Notes under the pieces: model-generated
The model's input: the letters and a program-made list of their open reading frames with translations, nothing else
Databases searched by the model: none
What the model was told of the DNA's origin: nothing
Assembly: GCA_016748015.1 (NCBI GenBank)
Contig: JAAOMT010000563.1
Span: 186,001-250,000 of the forward strand
DNA: 64,000 nucleotides
Reading direction: 5' to 3'
Source: Geosiphon pyriformis uo1
Lineage: Eukaryota; Fungi; Glomeromycota
Position numbers and translations under genes: made by a program
Part shown: in pieces, positions 14,151-26,311 of the stretch
How positions within the stretch are numbered: the first letter of the stretch is position 1
Layout: every line of letters begins with the position of its first letter

Positions 14151-15163
14151 ATATTACTAAATTTGTTCTTAATCTATAGTTTAATCTTATTATATAACTT
14201 TGTTTTTAAAACTATTAAAACTGAATTGTTTATTTTTATGTTATCTAATAATATTTTTTTGTTTTATAAAGTTGTTTATCTTTTTAATATTGTATGTAAC
14301 AATTTTTTAGACAATACTATTTATTTTTTTATTTTTTTTTAACATTTTATGAGTAAGATCTAAATGTCATCTAGCACAATATATCAAACTAAGTAATCTA
14401 AACTAGATATAAATTATGTATTTTTCACATATGACCAGTTACTTGGGCCAATTAAAGCAACACTATAAATTTATTATAACAGAAATTGTATTATTAGTAC
14501 CAGAAAAAAACCATGAATATCAGAAATTACAGAATTATTATATTTAATTAAACTTTTTTTTTTCATAAATGTTTTATACTTAATTCTTACTATCTACACA
14601 TTAATCTGATGAGTCATTTTTAATTTTCACACCAACTCAACAATCTTTATGCCAGTAGTCTTAATACATCTGAAAACAAAAATAGTTTCTAAGTACTACT
14701 TCCTGAACACAAAGCTTTTATACAAAGCAATATACATAGTATTATCAGATATACACAAGAAAAGCAACTGTAGAATACATAAAAATAACAAATTCAAACC
14801 TAACACAGAATTTCACTGGGCAATACATAAATCAAGTAGCATCTTACAAGCATCAAAGTCTATAAATCAAACAAAAAAATAATTAAAAAACTTAACTTTT
14901 TCATAATATAGACACAATATACTGGAGTATTTCTTATTATATAAGCATTTTCAGACAGCAACTGGCAAGCAATGATACAAAGTCTTCATAAAATAAGAAT
15001 GTAGACTAGTAAAAACTTTATTTATATAACTTAATACTATATGTGAATTTAAATGCCAAATTAACAAAGTCTGAATCCAATTCACATTCCTAATTATATT
15101 CTTACAAATAATATCAGAACCAGATCTAACTTTCCAATAAGCATAATAAATAGCTTTAAACAT

Positions 15164-15964
15164 GATTATAAAAGGATTTTTTTAGTATATTTTAATTGTT
15201 AATATCTCTTTTTAATTGCAATCAGTCTCTTATGAGTTTTTTGATTTTATGTATTGGATATTAATGATAATATATTGAAGGTTTTTTCTTGATGTTGTAA
15301 TGTAAGTCTTCTTTTTAATTCTAATTGTCTTTGTATATTGTGTACTTCTTCTTAAAGGCTAATTTGAAATCTACTTGCTGTTTGAAGTCTTCTCTAAGGC
15401 TATCTTTACAATTGCCTGATGTGTTTCTTTAATCTAAAAACATAAAATGTTAATAGTTTTTTTGTAATTTTTCTAAGTATATAATAAAACTTTTTCAATT
15501 TAATTAGTAACCATGTAAATAATCTTGATCAGAGATTATTTTTTTAAAGAGTTCAAAGATAGAATAATAGTTTCATTTACTAGAGAGGATATGTGAATTC
15601 TATTGTTAATCTCATAATTGTGATGTTAATTTAATTTATTATTTTTATTAATTTTTTTTTTGAATAAGATTTTATTTAGATATTTGTTGCTTTAAGTTGA
15701 AGTTGTTAGATTTTTTATTATTAAAAACTATTATATATATATATAATTATTGTTTTACAAAATAACATCTTGTAATACTTTATTTCTGTTATTTCTAAAT
15801 AGTGCTTGCTGTTTTTACATGATAGTATTTACTGCTATTGCATGGTAGTACTTGCTGTTATTTGTAAATCATTTTTTTTTCTTTTTATAAATTGTTGCTG
15901 TGCTATTTTATGATTGGCTAATTTATATTATTTATAATTCCTATTAAATTCTTGAACTGTAACA
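15164..15964. repeat. Solo LTR, family 3 (about 800 bp)
   Basis: Ends ...TGTAACA; left end degenerate; flanked by ACAT/ATAT 4-bp TSD; LINE reading frame resumes across it; internal ~22-bp tandem repeats near 15790-15870. Confidence 0.55.
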
Positions 15965-16716
15965 ATATATTGTAAATAAAATAACAAATGTTTCTAAATA
16001 CTGCTACTTTATCAGCACTAAGATATCTTTTTTTAACAAGAATAAGAAATAACAGATTCAAACATAAAGCTAAGTTAGCCAATATGTCAGCACACTTATT
16101 ACTTAAAACATTTGAATGGTTTTTGACTTTAATCCAAGAAATGTTAAGATTTTTATATCAGATAGAATTTATGATACTTTGTTTCTTAAGCCAATAGTAG
16201 TTGTAAAAATCAGATAAAATCATAACTAATTTTGTAGCACATGTATTCAAAGCAGCTTGATTATCTGAATACATCCTAACATGATTGGAAGCTGAAACAT
16301 ACTCCAAGACCAGAGCAATTGTCTGTAATTTCATTATTATAGAAGACATTAAATTACTAATTTCAACACCAATACTTAGATTCAAGTCAGTAAAAAATAC
16401 AGCTGCATTACATCTTATCCTACAGATGCCTAATTTTTTCAAAAATCTATCTGTATAAACATTAATAACATTCAAATTAGTACCAAAAAAATATTACTTG
16501 ACTGAAAAAAACTTGCCAATACCAAAAACATTCACAAATTAAAAGGTAACAATAAATAATTGAATATTAAAATACAAAGCAAAATTTATTAAGTAATTAC
16601 AAGCCAATTTGAACCAAGCAAGAACTAAACCTCTAAGATTAAGCTCTAATTATTAAAACAAAAAAAAATAAAAAACCAAAACCAAAAACTAACAAATTTA
16701 AATAAGCCAAAACCAT

Positions 16717-17626
16717 TATTACAAGTGATTATTTGGGGTCTCAAATCAAATAACAAACCCATAACTTGGTGCTTAATAGCTGTTATGATAGTGGTATCTG
16801 AAAATTTTTGTAATCTGAAAGTTTTGGGTTGGAGTTCTTTGTATAATAGACAGAGATTCAATGGTTGTTTTATTAATAGCCTTCTGAAATTGCAATTCTG
16901 TCAAATTTTTTTCTTTAATATAGTGGCCAATTTATTTTAGCAGTTGTGTTTTTTTGGTAAGCTATCCTTAATTTTTGAGTTTTCTACTCTTATTTCTGGG
17001 TCTTTTATCAGGTTATTCTTGATGTTAATAAATCAGCACTTAATTCTTAATCAATTAATAAATAACAAAAGAAATAAAATACAAAAGAAAATCAAAGACA
17101 TAAAATGTAAGCCAAGACAATAAAGTTAATATCCCATCAATAACCATAATTAAGAGCTATTGTTTTAGTGTAATTAAGTGTTGGATATTATCAATATGAA
17201 GTATCAATAATAGAGAATTAAGTCAAATTTTCAATTAAGTAATAGTAATATATAAGAAGTAATAATAAGTATGGTTTTTTTTAATCTTTAATGATCTTCA
17301 CTTTGGTTAATAGTAACTATTCTTAAAGTAATAAAGGAGAGATAGAGATAGAAATTTCTATTCTGAGTGAAAAATTGGTACTTTTCTTGTTTCTAACACT
17401 ACTATTATAAATACATAATTTTCTTTACACAAGAAATTTTTTTTCCTTGGTAAATTTTTTACAAAATTTTTGATTTTCTGAAACATTCAGGATTTCTTGA
17501 AAAATTTTCAACTTTTCTGAAATATTTTGGATTTTCTGAATAATCCTGGATTTCTTGAAAAATTCTTTTTCTCTTCTTTTATTCTAATTGGCTAATGTGG
17601 TTTTTTTCTCTTTTCTAAGTGTAATA
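16717..17626. repeat. Solo LTR, family 2 (910 bp)
   Basis: TATTACA...TGTAATA (eroded TGTTACA...TGTAACA); CCAT/CTAT 4-bp TSD; start near-identical to 63954; LINE ORF2 continues on both sides. Confidence 0.8.
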
Positions 17627-20325
17627 CTATATACACAGAATCTTCCAGAACCAATATTTTGGTTTTTAGACTAATAATCTTGGTAATAAAAATTTTGGTA
17701 TTATTAGAAGCCAACCAAAATATATTATCAAGTATTAAATTATTAACAAAAAAAGATACACTAAAAACATCTATATTAACACTAATAAAGTTATTAAAAA
17801 AAATATTTCAAAAATAAATATAAAAAAATAAAGAAAAAAGAAAATTTTATAAATATGTTTAATATGGCAAAAATTTTAAAACTTTGTTATTAAAAAATTT
17901 TACAGAATATTTAAGCATACTTAAATAAAAATTTAAAGAAAATAAAGCAAAAAAATAAAATTAACCAAAATACCAAAAAAAACAATTTTATAAAAAATTA
18001 TATTGAAATAAAAATTAGTTATATTACTATCAACTATTTAAGTTCATAATATATATTTAAATACCAAAAAATAAAACACAAAAATCTGTTTTTTAACATA
18101 AAAATAAGCAAGATATAAATATATCTTCTTAAAAAATAACTGTTTAGAGAATTTTTTAATAGAAAAATATAAAAAATTAACTTGATCATACTTTAAAATT
18201 GAATGTTTAAGACAATTATATTTATTACAACAAATTAAATCCAACTTAGTTTAAAAAAATTTAATATTATCAAAAACAAAAACAGTACAAAATACATAAT
18301 TAAAAATCTTTTTATATTTAAAACATATTGTTGTTTAATAAAGTTTAGTACTAATAGCAAAAAAACGATTTATTATATAAGTTTTTTTACTTATTTTATT
18401 TAATATTAAATCTAAATTATAAATTATAGTTTTTATTAATAATATAAACAATATTTTAAAATAGTTTTTAAAAGTCTAAATATTTCAATCCAATATAGTT
18501 TTTATTATATGTACTAAGTTTTTTCTAATAAGTATTAATTAATTTTTAGCTAATAAATTAGCTTAATTTAATTCAGTAAATTTTATTATAGTCTTTTACT
18601 ATAACTTAATTAATTATAATTGAATAGATATTATTTAATCATATTTAGACAAAATTAAAACAATTTTTTTTTTAAACATATTATAAAAATTTTTTTAATA
18701 ATTATAATCTAATCTGAATGAATTTTTTGTTTTTTAATATTGTTATTAACTTGAATATTGTTTTTATTAACCAATATTGCAGTTTGATTTATATTTTTTT
18801 TTAATATAAATCTAAATCTAAAAAAATTTTTAAATTTTAAGAAGATAATAATTCTTCTAAAATTATTTATTTTTGAGAAAATTTTTCTGATAATTTATAC
18901 TTTAATTATTGTAAATTTGCTCTTAATTGCCAAAAAATTGATATTTAAAATATAAAATTTTTTGATAAAAACTTTTATTTAAGTTTTTACTATCTTGAAA
19001 TTAATTTATTTTTGTTTAAAAAATGTTAAAAAAAGAGGAAAAAAGTTTTTTATCTTTTTCAAAAAAACCAAGAGAAAAATTACATTCTAAACTAGTATTA
19101 ATTCTATTAACTTTGAAAATTATAGCTACTAAATCCAAAAAAAACCATTACTACTGTTTATAAAAGCATTATTACTTTTATTATCACAAATTTACTAATT
19201 ATATCTAAATAAATATTATTTTTAAAACCAGTTTTAACCAAAAAAATATTTTATTATTATTAAAATGTTTAATATTATCAAAAGAAACTCTTTTTTTTTG
19301 GAAAAAAAAATTACTAATTAGATTATAAAAAATTTTTTAAGATATCTTTTTTTTAAACATGCTGTTACTTAAAACAGTTTTTAAGCTTATTACAAAAAAG
19401 TTATTTATTTAAAAAATAATAAATAAGATAAATAAAAATTTTTTTTTAAAAAATTGCTCTTTAAAAAATTTTGAATATAAAAAAAAAAGAAGTTTTTTGT
19501 TTTATAAGTTATATTTAGTTTAAAATATGTGATTATTATATTGTATTAGATAGTAATTGATTTTTATTTATTAATTTAATAAAAAAAACTATTAATTAAA
19601 TTATAAATAATAAAATAAAAATAATATTATAAATTAATTAATTCAAATTTTAAATAATAATAATTAATTAGTTTGGTTTTTAATAATAATAATTTAATTG
19701 TAATTATACAAAAAATAGTGTTTTTAAATAAGTTTTTTTTTGTAAATTTAATATAATTTAGTTATATATAAAAAATACATGAATTTTAATTTTAAATACT
19801 TAATTATTGTATTATAATAGATAATAATAAAATTTTATATGTTAAATAAAATAAAAATAAACATAAAAAATAATTACTTTTAAAAATAAATTAATTTTGT
19901 ATTAAAAAATTATTATTAAATCATTATATTTAATAATATTAATATTAATTTAAAAATTATATTATAATATTATTTAATAAAGATAAAATATTTTATTTTA
20001 TTTTTTAAATATTGTTATTAAGTTTTGTAAACCAATAAAAAAACAAAAATTTATTTAAATACTAAAATTTTAATAATAATAATAATTAATTAATATTTTA
20101 AATTTTTTTTTGAATTTTGGATTTATAAATAAAAGAAAATATATTTTTAATATATTTATTGTTTTTTATATTAATCTTTTTTTAATTTTTATTAATAATT
20201 AAATAGTGGTTAATTAAATATAAAAAATATATAAATAATAAATTTATTAAAATTTGCATATTTAATTTATAATTATATAAATTTGTTTAAGTTAAAAGAA
20301 GAAATCTGGTTGTTGTTATTAATAA

Positions 20326-20410
20326 GAAGACATAAACGTCACGTTAAGTGTATAATGTTGTCTTGATTGGCCGAGTGGCTGGTCACGTGTTAAAAACTCA
20401 TATATTTTTG
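20326..20410 (+). promoter_or_regulatory. CCAAT (ATTGG) plus E-box (GTCACGTG) module homologous to the LINE ORF2-stop/3'UTR junction
   Basis: gtgtataatgttgtcttgattggccgagtggctggtcacgtgt vs LINE 3' ends gtgtgtagtgttgcc... (44200) and tgttactctgattgatctgagtggctggtcatttgt (rc of about 50835-50870); regulatory role inferred only. Confidence 0.5.
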
Positions 20411-20573
20411 TTGTATTGTAGTATTATTTTGATTCATAACAATATTTTATTAATTTTAAATATTATTATATTTATTTTTCTTTTTGCAAAAACAACATTC
20501 CAATATATTTTACAAATATTCATTTTTAAACACAATATCTCAAATTGATATTTTTAGCAAGTATAATAAACTA

Positions 20574-20896
20574 CTTTTTTGTTTGTAGCCTAACCAAAAA
20601 TAGCTAATGCATTAAAGTTTTATCGCACTTCCATAACTGTCTCAATTCGTTTTCGATACGGAATTGCGTGTCACCCTTCCTTGACCAGCCTATAAATCCC
20701 ACTGAGAACCTCGGGTTCGAAGCTTAGAATGTGCAGACATTTTCCAGCAATTGAATAAATGGTTAAAGAAGAGGGCGCTTCCCATTATTCGCCCCTTGTC
20801 GAAAATATTCCCGGTGAATTGAGGCAGTCACTGCTAATGAAGGGGTGATAAGATGTTATTCTATTAGTAATTTTGGTTAAGTTACAAATAAAAAAG
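20574..20896 (+). ncRNA. Candidate structured non-coding RNA: ~320-nt imperfect rod/hairpin, identity unknown
   Basis: Five nested helices (20574-20599/20871-20896; 20618-20626/20845-20853; 20636-20649/20815-20828; 20650-20658/20797-20805; 20674-20687/20760-20775), G-U wobbles favour the + strand, CpG-rich, no ORF in the track. Confidence 0.5.
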
Positions 20897-21053
20897 AAAT
20901 CGTTAAATTATTGGATCTGGATCCTGAAATAGTTGCCTTAGGAATATTTATGAGCATCATCAATCTTAAAATTGGTTGCCATTTTTTATATATAGAATCA
21001 TCGAGACTGGTTGCTTTTAATAAAGTTATTTGAACAACTTTAGGTAACTGTGC

Positions 21054-21125
21054 GGTTTCGTGGTGTAATGGTTAGCACCCAGGACTTTGAATCCTGTAAT
21101 CCGAGTTCGATTCTCGGCGAGACCT
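21054..21125 (+). tRNA. tRNA-Gln (anticodon TTG)
   Basis: 72-nt cloverleaf: GGTTTCG/CGAGACC acceptor stem, D-arm GTGT/GCAC, anticodon arm CAGGA-CTTTGAA-TCCTG, T-arm CCGAG-TTCGATT-CTCGG. Confidence 0.97.
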
Positions 21126-21498
21126 CGGATTAACACTTCAGCTCTTTAAAGTAATGATATTTTGATTGTCATGATTTTGCATCATTAGTCACAATGCCGT
21201 CCATTTCAAGAATAGATTAACTGATTTCATTATGAAGACAAATTTCGTTTTAAAATAGGACTCGAGTCTGATCCTTTAAACCTTGCTTGTGTAGATCTTA
21301 TTTAGAGCTCCACAGCCATTCGAATCTTCAAACCTAAAATTGTCATGCCCAATTAAGATCTCCGATATTTAAATCTTTAATAAGGAGCTTTACTCCTACA
21401 TATGATTGTATTGCGATGATTATGATACTTTTTGCTCTCAGATCATCAGTTTAGGTAGTATATCAGTCTGCTAGGGAAATTAGAGATAAAAAATATTC

Positions 21499-23309
21499 TT
21501 ATTCCTCTAGAAAGTTATCTTTTGGTAGACAACCCCGATGAAATGCCAGCAATTGCCCTTCGGGTGATAAAACCCTTAAGGTTGGTAGCATAAATTTTTC
21601 TTCGGAATTTTGAAGAGCGAGATGCTTTTCACATTTATGACAGGTTACGGAAAAAATATCATGATAATTCGATATCCAGTCCTGAATCACGAATTGAAAT
21701 TGATTGTTAACATTTTACATAAATATAAGAATATCAAATTATTACTCAATTACCAGGAGAGTAGGTATCATATCCTCTTGATCAAATTTAGAGAGATTAT
21801 CCATTGCGATCTGGGTGAGTCTTTGGAATAGAAGGAAGTCGGAGGAATCATTTATAGTCTTCTGTAAAGCGATAAAGGATGAAAAGGTAGGGCTTTTCCA
21901 AAAATTTGGTATTTGAGATTAATTTATTAAGGGATTCAGATTTAAGCGTACCCTCTCATGATAGCCAAATATAGCCAGACGTGATAACAGAACAAAAGTA
22001 CTTCCATCATCTTCCTCGTATTTTAACGAAATTCCAGCCTTGATGACATTGTTGAAACTCACCTAATATGTTTGTTATTGAAATAGCCATTAAAAAGTGA
22101 TCATGGATACTTTGATATGAGAATAATCGTTGAAAGCACCAATATAAGTAAGTAACCATTATCCCTGACAATCTCCCTTTGACATCCGGTTTGAGCTTTT
22201 CTAGTTCCACATCATAGGCTCGCTCTTTCGCTTCAGCTAACCATCGATCAATTAGATTGACTAATTCACTGAAAAAAAAGAACAAAGAAATTAACGATAA
22301 AAGTGGTTTTCATTAAATGATAAAGCCTTGTAATCACCTGGCATTGTCTTTTTGGACAATTTTTGGGACAGATGACCCATCAAGCATGTCTTTTTCATAC
22401 AAGTCTACCGACTGACGATTGAAATTTATTTTGTACTTTCGAGAAAAGATTCTATGGATAGTGGAAGGATGATTAATAATTTTTATATTAGATTATTATA
22501 AGAGTTTGAGCTAATTTCTCACCTTGTCGCTCGTTGACTATGAGTTCGCATTTTTTCTGCGTGATTTATCCCTTGTCCAAGCTTCTCAGGAAATTCTTTT
22601 GTTGTCGGGTTTATACTGTTTTTTTTTAATTTGTTCAATTGAATTAGTCGTAAAAAGTTATAAACGCAGATATTTTCATATGAATCACTTACAATATCGG
22701 TGGGTTCGTCTCCCACTCAAAGGCTATTCTCTGTCCATGCTTTATTTCATCTGGGATCCATGATTTTAAAAAACTCTTAATTTAATATGGCAATTTTTCA
22801 GTTGGTTTCAGGGAACGTTTACCTTCAGAATCATTCAGCATTTTGAAAAGCCGAGCTAAGCATTTTAGGGAATCTTGGTGTAGTTTAAGAAAGTTTTTTT
22901 CGGTTGAAGTCCGCGTGAAGCGATCATCGTCACTGTTGCTAAGAGCTCTACTTTGAGCTTTTTCTCAAACCAGGTCACGAAAAAAAATCAAAATATTTTA
23001 AAAATTGAAAAGGTTTTTTGTATTCCCGAATTAAAGAGCTTTGTGTACCTCTTGTTGGAAAAGCTCCAAAATCAAATGTTGAGTCATTTTCTGAATTCTT
23101 TTCAATATCCCACAACTCCTCAATACTTTTACAAGAATGTTTGACCGAAACTCGTAGCTCGTTGATCTGAGAGAGGGTAGATTATCAGGTTAAGTCAAAA
23201 ACAAGGAAAGCAATTTCATGAAAATTGTTCATATTGAAGATCTTACAGCAGTCAACAAGAGGCCCAGTTTATCTGAAGCACTTTTCAAATAATCGAGTTC
23301 AGAGTTCAT
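21499..23309 (-). CDS. MED27: Mediator complex subunit 27 (multi-exon, about 8-9 exons)
   Basis: C-terminal exon DWISNYHDIFSVTCHKCEKHL...LPT...AFHRGC matches the Med27 C-terminal Zn motif (W..Y..F...CxxC...P....AFHxxC); exon 1 MNSELDYLKSASDKLGLLLTA|GT...CAG|INELRVSVKH; internal exon boundaries not fully resolved. Confidence 0.8.
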
Positions 23310-24140
23310 TATTTGAAACGTGTCTTTTTGAGGTGGTTATAATTTCTTTTAAAATTTTTAGCTTTTAAGTAAGGAAACCCATTCTATTTCAAAAATAACC
23401 AATTCCAACTTCGGATCGTGTAAAGGTAAAAGGACTTTTTTGGTCTCGAAAAACTTACCCAGAATCAACTAAATATGGAGATGGTTTAAACCACAAATTT
23501 TAATTTTACGTAAGACCTTTCAATTTATAAATTTTCTTGGTGGATTTGACAAAAACTTAGGAATCGTAAATTTTCAAAGCTTGAAAACTCAAAAATAATT
23601 ATAAAAAATAGCTCTAATAACAATATTATTAATAATTACTTATTTAAATAGTCAAATTATATGTACATATTAAAATTTGTAAACAATTAAATTTTTTAAT
23701 ATTAACTATTTTAACAAATATATATATTATTAAATAATTATAATAAAAATTTAACTTAATAACAAAAATAATTGTAAATAAGTTAAAAATTATAAAGATT
23801 AATCTATAAACTATTTTACAGCTTTTACATTTTGATAATTTTATTATTACTATATACAAACAAGGTCTGTTGTTTAAAAAAAGTGCCTTTTGGAAAGAGA
23901 AATGTTAGCATCAATATCACCTGACCAAAATCCAATTGAAATTAACATAGCCAGGAAGGGGTCGAATACTTTTGTATTTGCGAAAATGGATTTTTACGCG
24001 AATCGATTATTTGAAAGATTTATATCAACTATTTCCATCTGCAAATATTTGATTGGCTAACGAAATCTGGTATTTAAATTTCTGGTCAACCATTGCAACT
24101 ATTAAAAATCCTGAACCTTGACGTTTTTTCGTTCACAATT
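23310..24140. promoter_or_regulatory. Bidirectional promoter region MED27/PWP1
   Basis: Head-to-head ATGs 830 bp apart; CCAAT/ATTGG motifs near 23932 and 24052. Confidence 0.5.
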
Positions 24141-26311
24141 ATGATATCTTCTTTGTGTTGGGTTCGTAAAGGCGTAGCAGCTGAACTACCGGAGGTAATT
24201 GAATCAAAAAGGAGCTTATATAATTTATAATCATTAGCTCCATTATTTACTTTGGTAACTAGAAATATGAGCTAACCGAACAAGAGTTTGAACGCATCGA
24301 TAAACTCACGGCCGGTGAGCTGAAGGAAGCTCAAGAGGAACTGAAAGAGTGTCATATCTCATTCTTTTTATGGCTTTCATATCGATCAATTTTTTTTCTC
24401 TATTAAATCCTGCAATGTTTGATTATCAGAGTTAAAGAAGAGCAAATGAAAGACGCCCAAACAATTGACCCTGAATTGGCTGAATACAAATTGGATGAGT
24501 ACGATGATGAAGCAATAGAGGGTGAACGTAAGTCGTATCCTTTATTCCTTAAAACACAAATTATTCCACGAATGAAAATATCATGATTATTTTTTTTGGT
24601 AATCTCCATAATTAGCCTTGAACTTTTTTGGAAATTTGAAAGCCTTAACATATTACACGTCAAATGATGAAGACCCTTTTATAACGCTGAATGATGAGGT
24701 AAACTACTTATAAAAATTTGAACTCCCATCATTCCTCAATTAATGTTTTAAATTTGAATCAAGGATGACGACGAAACAGGCGATGTACGAATTTTGCCCA
24801 CAGACAATATTTTGGTAGCTGCCAGGACTGAGGATGAAATCTCACAACTGGAGATATATGTATACGAAGAATCCAATGAAAATGTCTACGTGCACCACGA
24901 TATCATGCTGCCTTCTTTCCCGTTATGTTTGGAATGGCTAGATTTTCGATTAGGCCGAAAACTCGATTTACAAGGAGGAGGGAACTATATCGCTGTCGGG
25001 ACCTTTGAGCCTGAAATTGAAATTTGGGATTTGGACACATTGGAGTCTATGTATCCTGATGCGATTTTAGGGAAACACGAGGAGCAAGAGAAAAAAGGAA
25101 AAAAGAAAAAAAGACAAAAGGTAACAGAATATAATTCATGGCTTCAACAACTTAATTTTTAATGACTCATCTCTCCAAATAAGGCGAATTCAAAATACCA
25201 TACTGATGCTGTAATGTCTTTGGCATGGAACAAACAACACAGGTAAACAAATCAAACAGAATTGATTTCCTCAATAGTGAAAAAATTCATAAATTTTGTT
25301 TCAATTTTTTGTTAGAAATATTCTTGCAAGCTCATCTGCTGATAAAACTGTTAAGCTATGGGATCTTCGAACTTTGACTTGCGCCCATTCATTTGATCAT
25401 CACAAAGATAAGGTGGGACATCTTGACTTCTGTACAGCTCTAAAGTGCGGTAAAGATAACAACCCTATTCCACCTTATAACTAATGATAGGATATTTTTT
25501 AGGTTCAACAAGTTCAATGGCATCCAGTCGAGTCAACTATCCTTCTCACGGCATCATATGATAAAACAGTTGCAGCATTTGACAGTCGCTCGCCTCAGAA
25601 TGTGGCAAGCTGGACACTCAGCTCCGATCCAGAATGTCTTCGCTGGAATCCATTTTCACCACAACAATTCTTTGTTAGCACGGAAGCAGGACTAGTTATA
25701 TGTTTTGATGTTAGAAATGTTGGCAACACGGATCCGATATTCACATTACATGCTCATGATACTGCAGCCTCCTGTTTAGATGTAAATTCATTTGTTGAAG
25801 GATGTATTGTTACCGGTTCCCCAGACAAGACAGTAAAAATTTGGGACGTCAAAGATCAGAAACCTAATATGGTTACAAGTCGTGAGTTGGGCGTGGTACG
25901 TGACAACAAAATTCTTTATAATTTTAATTTAAAATCCATTAAAAGTTTGCATTTGGTATTTATTACATTTCTAGGGTAAGGTCTTTTCTGCACAATTTTG
26001 TCCAGATTCACCTTTTCAGTTAGCCGTGGCAGGGTCAAAGGGTAGTGTTTACATATGGGATCTTGCGACAAACGCTGGTGTGCGTCATGCGTTTGAAGGA
26101 AGGGGTATTCCAATTGGTGCAAGCCAAATTTCGGTGATAGATGTAAGCCTTCAATTACAATCATTCATTTGGACAGAGACAGCATTCAATATATTATATT
26201 TATTTTCAATAGAAAACACCAGTCACATTAGCCAATGATCAAGAAGAAAGCGAATCAGATGAAGATAGTGAAGTTGATGAAATGGAAGATGATAGTGAAG
26301 AAGATGTATAA
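24141..26311 (+). CDS. PWP1: Periodic tryptophan protein 1, WD40 ribosome-biogenesis factor (about 10 exons)
   Basis: N-terminus MISSLCWVRKGVAAELPEKY; ILPTDNILVAARTEDEISQLEIYVYEE...YVHHDIMLPSFPLCLEWLD...GNYIAVGTFEPEIEIWDLD; HTDAVMSLAWN; WD repeats; acidic C-terminus ending TAA 26309-26311; GT-AG introns. Confidence 0.93.

Larger units (their letters stand above)
14331..19300 (-). mobile_element. Decayed, internally deleted LINE interrupted by two solo LTRs
   Basis: 3' end 14331-14470 matches the LINE 3' end at 50735-50875; RNase H remnant VYTDR...MYSDNQAAL (16158-16475); ORF1 knuckle remnant CCNKYNCLKHSILKY (18044-18244); 5' boundary approximate. Confidence 0.7.

Noticed and set aside
9555-20548. 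Short K/I/F/N-rich ORFs in AT deserts (9555, 14148, 20348; also 23644, 47528)
   Set aside because: Compositional artefacts or eroded TE fragments with no independent coding signal.
20589-20595. CCTAACC as a telomerase RNA template
   Set aside because: It lacks the CCC needed for TTAGGG, is buried in the basal helix, and no pseudoknot or H/ACA layout was evident.
20688-20760. SRP RNA S-domain or hammerhead ribozyme at the hairpin apex
   Set aside because: No helix-8 AGG...GNRA...GCA motif; CTGAGA...GAAG does not fit the CUGANGA...GAAA core.
24528-24553. U12-type donor GTATCCTTT and TTCCTTAA in a PWP1 intron
   Set aside because: The canonical GTAAGT donor 7 nt upstream gives the correct frame (EGEPLNFFGNL); the U12-like site has no compatible acceptor or branch spacing.
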